Source: Vicinamibacterales bacterium (GTDB lineage: Bacteria > Acidobacteriota > Vicinamibacteria > Vicinamibacterales > SCN-69-37). From it: a DNA stretch of 64,000 bases. The stretch lies in the NCBI GenBank assembly GCA_030827135.1, contig JAURFE010000001.1:750368-814367 (forward strand). The letters are read 5' to 3'. Below the pieces are notes generated by a model. That model did not search any database. It was not told where the DNA came from and saw only the letters and a program-made list of their open reading frames with translations. Positions 10,001 through 35,800 of the stretch are shown in pieces (within the stretch, counting starts at the first letter, position 1; the number at the start of each line of letters is the position of its first letter). Made by a program: the position numbers and the translations under genes.

Positions 10001-10391
10001 TCTCCCGGCGCCGGAGTCCGATGCCGGCACGGTCGACTTCGTGCCGCCGCGCTCTGACGTCGAGCGACAGTTGTGCGCGATCTGGCAGGAGCTCTTCACC
10101 GGCACGCGGATTGGCATCACCCACAACTTCTTCGATCTCGGTGGCCACTCGCTGCTCGCGACACAGTTGATCGCGCGCGTTCGACACCGGCTCGGGGTCG
10201 ACCTTCCCTTTCGCGTGATCTTCGACGCACCCACGATCCAGGCAATGGCCGCGCGGGTCTCCGCGTCGAGCGCCGCGCCGGCGCCGCAGCCGGCGCGGTC
10301 GACGCCGCGCGCGCCTCGCCAGCGGCGGCAGGTCGCTGTGACGAGTGACGGCACGCTCCTCCCCGACGATTCGGAACCCACGGGCAGGTAG
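3936..10391 (+). CDS. Non-ribosomal peptide synthetase, two modules (C-A-T-C*-A-T)
   Basis: 2151-aa ORF with C motifs ([16 protein letters not shown]; later [10 protein letters not shown]), two A domains ([24 protein letters not shown], GKLDR) and two T domains (GGDSI, GGHSL). ATGA overlap with the PKS gene. Confidence 0.95.
   Translation: [2151 protein letters not shown]
7110..10260 (+). other. NRPS module 2: C*(atypical, [27 protein letters not shown])-A(Thr)-T
   Basis: C domain with HHVILDGWS but a distinctive N-terminus. A code DFWNIGMVHK (Thr). T domain GGHSL. Confidence 0.75.
8517..10013 (+). repeat. A-domain-sized duplication, copy 1 (module 2 A domain); copy 2 at 11755-13248
   Basis: Protein copies are roughly 85-90% identical by eye over ~500 aa (e.g. 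[60 protein letters not shown].D). Confidence 0.85.
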
Positions 10392-10398
10392 CCGATCT

Positions 10399-29041
<18,643 letters not shown>

Positions 29042-29055
<14 letters not shown>

Positions 29056-29800
29056 CGCGCGCGCGATCGTCACCGGGGCCGCGAGCGGCCTTGGCCGGCG
29101 CTTTGCGCTCGAACTCGCGCGGGCGGGGGCCCGCGTCGCGGCGGTGGATGTCGACGCGGACGGCCTTCAGCGCCTCGTGGCCGAGGCGTCCGGCGGCCGG
29201 AGTGGTGTCGATACCTTCGTCTGCGATGTCTCTCGTGAGGAGGCCGTGCGGACCACGGTCCAGCAGGCGATCGCGGCACTGGGCACGGCGAACGTGCTGG
29301 TGAACAATGCCGGGATTCTGCGCGACGGCCTGCTGGTCTCGCAGGAAGATGGGTTCGTCCGCAAACTCCCCACCGCGCAGTGGCGGAGCGTGCTCGAGAC
29401 GAACCTCACGGGCGCGTATCTGATGGCTCGTGAAGTCGCGGCGCAGATGGTCGAGCGGCAAGTGCGACCGGCGCTCGTCGTGAACATCTCGTCGCTGACC
29501 GGCGGCGGCAACGCCGGCCAGTCCAACTATTCAGCGTCGAAAGCCGCACTCGACGCGCTGACACGGACGTGGGCCATGGAACTGGCTCCGCACGGCATCC
29601 GCGTCGGCGGCATCGCGCCCGGCCTGGTCGACACGCCGATGCTGGCGTCGCTCGGCGACGCCGAGCGCGAAGCGCTGACGGCCAAAGTCCCGCTGGGCCG
29701 TGCTGGCCAGCCATACGAGATCTGGCTGGCGCTGCGGTTACTCATCGAATGCGAGTTCTTCACCGGACGCGTCATCGCGGTTGATGGCGGTGCCGCATGA
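29042..29800 (+). CDS. Short-chain dehydrogenase/reductase, FabG-like (3-oxoacyl-ACP reductase family)
   Basis: IVTGAASGLGRRFA (TGxxxGxG), NNAG, ISS...YSASK catalytic triad. Overlaps the upstream NRPS by 14 nt and the downstream NRPS by ATGA (29797-29800). Confidence 0.9.
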
Positions 29801-32800
29801 CCGGACCGGAATTCAATCTCGACGACCTCGAGCTCCTCGACCGGCTCCTGGACGACGCGGGCGCGTCGCGACCGGTCCTCGCTGGCGGGGCTGAGCGGCG
29901 GCGCGAGGCGCCGGCCTCCCTCCAGCAACGGCGCCTGTGGTTTCTGCACGAGCTGACGCCGGACTCGGCCGCCTACAATGTCGCGACGGCGCTCCGTCTC
30001 GAGGGCCCGTTCGACGAGTCGGCGTTCCGCCGCGCGCTCGAGTTCGTGGTCATGCGCCACGACGTGCTCCGCACGACGTTTCACGGCCGCGATGGCGCGC
30101 CGTGGCAGGTCGTCTCGACGTCGCCGCTCCTGGACTTTCAGTCGGAGACCCTGGAGGTGCGATCCGCGGAAGCACTGGCTGCCGAGGTCCAGCGGCAATT
30201 CGCCATTGAGAGCCACCGCCCGTTCAATCTCGGCACCGGCCCCCTGTTCCGCGTTCGCCTCTTGAAGTCCGGCCCCCAACAGCACGTCGCCATCCTCGCG
30301 CTACATCACCTGATCGCGGACGCCTGGTCGTTCGGCGTGCTCGTGCGTGAAGTCGCCTCCGCCTACCGCGCGTTCCTGGTGTCGGAGCCGGTCGACTGGT
30401 CCGAGCTGCCGCTGCAGTACACGGACTACGCCGCCTGGCAGCACGCGACGCTCGACGACGTGCGGATCGGCGCGCACGTGGACTACTGGGCCGATCGGCT
30501 ACGGGGCCTCTCCCGGCTCGATCTGCCCACCGACTTTCCCCGTCCGGCGCTGCAAACCTTCAACGGCGACCTGCTGACCTTCGAGCTCTCTCCCGCCGTC
30601 ACGGCCGGGCTTCGGGCGCTGTGCGGCGACGGCACCACGCTGTTCATGGTGTTGTCGGCGGCGCTGCAGACCTTCATCGGCCGGTACTGCCGCGAGTCGG
30701 ACGTCGCGATCGGCACGTCGATCGCCAGCCGCGAGGTCCCAGGGACTGAGGGTCTCATCGGTTTCTTCGTGAACATGATGGTGCTCCGGGCCGATCTCTC
30801 GGGCGACCCGACGTTCACCGAGCTGCTGGCACGGGTGCGACGGGACGTGCTCGACGGGTTCGACCACGCGCAGGTGCCGTACGAGATGCTCGTCGAGCGA
30901 CTACAGCCCGAGCGTGACCGCAGCCGGAATCCGTTCTTCCAGATCGCGTTCACTCTGTTCAGCACGCCCGTCCCGCCGACCGATTTCATCGGGCTCCACA
31001 TCGAGCCCATCGCCAGCCAGACCGCGGCGAGATTCGACCTCGAGCTGTTCATGGAAGAGGCCGCTGGCGGCGGCATGCGCGCGGTGTTCTCCTACAACAC
31101 GGACCTGTTCAGGCGCCAGACGATCGCGGGGCTCGCCGGCACCTTCGGCCGGCTGGTGGAATCCATCGCGGCCGATCCCGGACGCCGCATCCTGGATCTG
31201 CCCTGGCTCACTGACGAGGAAGCGCGGCGCGCGGCGGCGCGCGTCGATCGCACATGGCCGGCGACCGGGGGCATCCACGAGATCATCGCGGCCCAGGCGG
31301 CGCGCGAGGCGTCCCGGACGGCCGTCCGGTGCAACGGAACATCCCTGACCTACGGCGAATTGGACCGTCGCGCGCGGGCGATCGCGCGCCGGCTGGTGTC
31401 GCTCGGCGCGGGTCCTGATGTGCTCGTGGGCCTGTGGTTCGATCGCTCCGTCGATTTGGTAACGGCGATCGTCGGCGTCCTCAACGCGGGTGCCGCCTAC
31501 GTCCCGATCGACCCGGCCTATCCGCCGGAGCGAGTGGCGTTCATGCTGCAGGACAGCCGGCCGCTGGCGATCGTCTGCACGCGCGAGCTCGCGGCCCGTC
31601 TGCCGGCGTTCAGCGGCCATGTGATCTGCCTCGAAGACGTCGCGGATGACGAGCCCGTCGAGGACTGGACCGCCCCGCGCGTCGCACCGGACAATCTGGC
31701 CTACATCATTTACACCTCGGGCTCGACCGGGCAGCCCAAAGGCGTGCAGGTCACGCATCGCAACGTCGTGCGTCTGATGCAGGCGACCGATACGTGGTTT
31801 TCGTTCGGGCCTGACGATGTCTGGACGCTGTTCCACTCCTACGCCTTCGACTTCTCGGTCTGGGAGATCTTCGGCGCGCTCATGTACGGCGGCACGCTCG
31901 TCGTCGTGCCGACCGCTGTGGCCCGTTCGGCCGAAGATTTCTACCAGCTCGTCTGCGACGAGGGCGTCACCGTGCTCAACCAGACGCCGTCCGCGTTTCG
32001 CGAATTCGTCGCCGCCGAACAGCGGCTGGCGCGGGAGCGCGATCTCAGCCTGCGCTTCGTGATCTTCGGCGGCGAGGCGCTCGACTTCAGCGGCCTCGAG
32101 TCGTGGTTCGACCGGCATGGCGACCGCGATCCGGTCCTCGTCAACATGTATGGGATCACCGAGACCACGGTGCACGTGACGTACCGGCCTGTTGCGTGGC
32201 GCGACGCGCGCGGCGCCGGCGGCAGCCTCATCGGTCGCCCCATTCCCGATCTCGACTTGCACCTGCTCGACGACCGGCTACGACCGGTCCCCAGCGGCGC
32301 CGTCGGCGAAATCTTTGTCGGCGGCGCCGGAGTGGCGCGCGGGTACGCCAGCCGGCCGGCGCTGACCGCCCAACGCTTCGTGCCCAACCCGTTCACGGCA
32401 ACCGTCGGCGAGCGCCTGTATCGCAGCGGCGACCTGGCGCGCCAGCGGTCGGACGGCGAGCTGCAGTACCTGGGTCGCGCTGATCACCAGGTCAAGGTCC
32501 GCGGCTTCCGCGTCGAGCTCGGCGAAATTGCGGCGGTGCTCGAAGGCCACCCCGAGGTGTCGCAGGCCGTCGTGGCGGTACGCGAGGACGTCGCCGGCGA
32601 TCGCCGGCTCGTGGCGTACGTGGTGCCGACAGCCACCACGGCCGGCGCTCCGCCGGAGGCCGCCGAGTTGACCCGGGACTGGCGGCTCACGTTCGACGAG
32701 ATGTATCGCCAGGGCGCCGGGACCGACGCGGACTTCAATACGTCGGGCTGGAACAGCAGTTACACGGGCCAGCCGCTATCGGCCGACGCGATGCGGGAGT

Positions 32801-35800
32801 GGGTCGACGAAACCGTCGGCCGCGTAGCAGCTCTCGGCGGCCGGCGCACGCTTGAGATTGGGTGCGGCACCGGCCTCCTGCTGTTCCGGCTGGCCGCGAC
32901 CTGCGAGCGGTATGTGGCGACCGATCTGTCACCGGAGGCCCTGCGGCTTGTGTCGGCAGGCGTTCTCGCCCGAGGCTGGTCGCACGTCGAGGTGCGCCAT
33001 CAGGAAGCGCGGGACTTTCGGGGGATCCCGAAGGGCGAGTTCGACACGATCGTCCTGAACTCGGTGGCGCAATACCTCCCCGGCATGGGGTACCTGCGCG
33101 AAGTCATCGATGGCGCGCTCGACGCGCTGGCGCCTGGCGGATGCCTCGTGATCGGCGATGTCCGAAACCGCCGGCTGCAGCAGGCTTTCCACGCGTCGGT
33201 GCAGCGGTTCCGTGCCGGCAGCACGATCCCGCGCGACACGCTCCGCGAGCGCGTGCGTTCGGGGCTCGCGCACGACGAGGAGCTGACGATCGATCCCGAG
33301 GCGTTTCCTGCGCTGGCCCAGGAGGACCCGCGCGTTCGGCACGTGGATGTGCACCTGAAGCACGGACGCGCGCTGACGGAGATGAACCTGTTCCGCTACG
33401 ACGTCGTGGTGCACACCGGCGTCCGGCACTCGGTCGAGCCATCGTGGATGGAATGGGCCAGCGCGATGACGGTGGATTCCATCGGCTCGCTCCTGCGCGA
33501 GTCCGCCGGACGCGGGCTGGCCGTGGCGGGCATCCGGAACGCGCGCCTGCACGACGCGAACGCCACCGTGACGTGGCTGAGCGGCGACGAGCCGACGGAC
33601 GCGCCCGCGGGGCTCGACCCAGCCGACCTGGTGACGCTGGCGCGAGACCTTGGCTTCAGCGCACGCCTGTCCTGGGCTCCCGACAGTTCGGACGGCCGAT
33701 TCGACGCGTGCTTTGTTCCGCAATCTGACGCCGGAGAGCCGCCGCCCCACGTCGCGCCACGGCCACGGCCGACGAAGGCGCACCTCGGTCCCTGGTCCAG
33801 TTTCGGAGGCCGGTCGGCTGACGGCGCGTCCCTCTCGCGCCAGCTGCGGGAATTCGCCGCGACGAAACTCCCAGACTACATGCGGCCACACGCCTTCGTC
33901 CTGCTCGACCGGCTGCCCCTCTCCGCGCACGGCAAGCTGGATCGACAGTTGCTGCCGGCGCCGCAGGCCGAACGAACCCGCAACGTCGAGGCGATCGCGC
34001 CTCGCACGCCTGCCGAACAAGCGCTCGAGGAGATCTGGCGCGACGTCCTCGGCCTCGGCGTGGTCGGCGTGGATGATGATTTCTTCGCGGTCGGTGGTCA
34101 CTCACTGCTCGCGACGCGCGTGGTCTCGCGCATCCGCGATCGGTTCCTCGTGGAGTTGCCCCTCCGCGCCCTGTTCGAATACCCGACCATCGCGGGTCTC
34201 GCACGTGAACTCGATCGGTTGACCCCGTCGATTGCCGCCGAGGCTGGCGGTATCCCGCGTGCGTCGAGTCGCGATGCGTTGCCGGTGTCGTTTGCGCAGC
34301 AGCGTCTCTGGTTCCTGCAGCTGCTGGATCCTGACCTCCCGGCGTACAACATCGCCGCGGCGGTGTCGCTGCGGGGCCCGCTCGACGCCGGCGCACTGGC
34401 GCAGGCGCTCGAGGCGATCGCCGGGCGTCACGAAGTCCTGCGCACGACTTTTGCCTGGCGGGACGGACAGCCGGTGCAGGTGATCCACGAGACGCCGCGG
34501 TTTCCACTGCAGGTTGACGACCTCAGCGGTGTACCGGCCGACCTTCAGGAGGCAGAGGTTCAGCGGCGCATCGGCGACGCGGCGACCCGATTGTTCTCGC
34601 TCGAACACGGCCCGCTCGTCCGCGGCCTGCTGCTGCGCCTGGCCGCCGATCGCCACGTACTCGCCCTGACGATGCACCACATCGTCGGCGACGGCTGGAC
34701 CATCGGCGTCCTCGCCCGCGAGCTTGGCGCGTTGTACACGAGCGCCCTGCGGCGGACGCCGTCACCGCTGTCCGATCTGCCCATCCAGTACGCGGACTTC
34801 GCGGTGTGGCAGCGCGGGTACGTCCAGGGCGACGTGCTCCAGCGGCAACTGCAGTACTGGAAGACGCAGCTTTCGGGCGTCCCGACCGGTCGCGTCCTTG
34901 CTCCCGATTTTCCATCGGGCCATGAGCGACAGGGCCGAGGCGCGTGCGAGCGGGTCGCGCTCCCGCCGGAACTCGCCCGTCGACTGACTGCGTGTGGTCA
35001 GGCACACGGCGCCACGCTCTTCATGACGCTCGTCTCGGCGTTTGGCGCCTTGCTTCATCGCTACAGCGGCGACACGGACTTCGCGATCGGCACGCCGATT
35101 GCCAACCGGACGCGACGCGAGACCGAGACGCTGCTCGGCTGCTTCGTGAATACCCTCGCCCTGCGTCTGAATCTGTCGGGCGATCCGACGTTCGTCGAGC
35201 TACTCGAGCGCGTCCGGTCGACCGCCATGGACGCGTACGCCCATCAGGACGTCCCGTTCGAGGCGGTCGTCGACGCCGTGCAACCGGACCGCGACCGCCA
35301 GAGCCATCCGCTCTTCCAGGTGATGTTCGTCTTGCAGAACGCGCCGTCGGAGCCGCTGCGGTTTCCCGACCTCGAGATTGCTCCCTTCGAGATCGAGACC
35401 GTAGCCGCCAAGTTCGACCTCTCGCTGCTTGTGGAGCCCTCCGGCGACGGCGGCCTGACGGCCGTTTTCGAGTACGACCGCGACGTGTTCCTGGCGGACA
35501 CGGTACGGCAGCTGGCCCGCCACTTCCACGGATGGCTGTCGCAGCTCTGCAGCCAACCCGACCGGCGGATGTCGGCGCTGGACGTTCTGTCGCCGGCCGA
35601 CCGCGCGGACCTGCTGACCCTGGGGCGCGGCGAAGACATGGGCGAGGACGTTCCGCTCGTGCTCGACCGGATTGCCAGTTGGGAGCGCTCGGATCCGACC
35701 CGGACCGCGGTGACGGGCACGAACGGCCCCCTCTCCTACGGCGAGCTTGGATCGCAGGCGCTGGCTGTCGCGCGCGTCCTGCGGGCGCGCGGAATACAGA

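Noticed and set aside
10345-10398. GTG start at 10345 for the five-module NRPS (the longest ORF).
   Set aside because: It would overlap the upstream gene by 47 nt and add an Arg/Ser-rich peptide with no C-domain similarity. The ATG at 10399 lies 8 nt after the upstream stop and leads straight into the C1 motif (SSQQRLWFL). Not proven.
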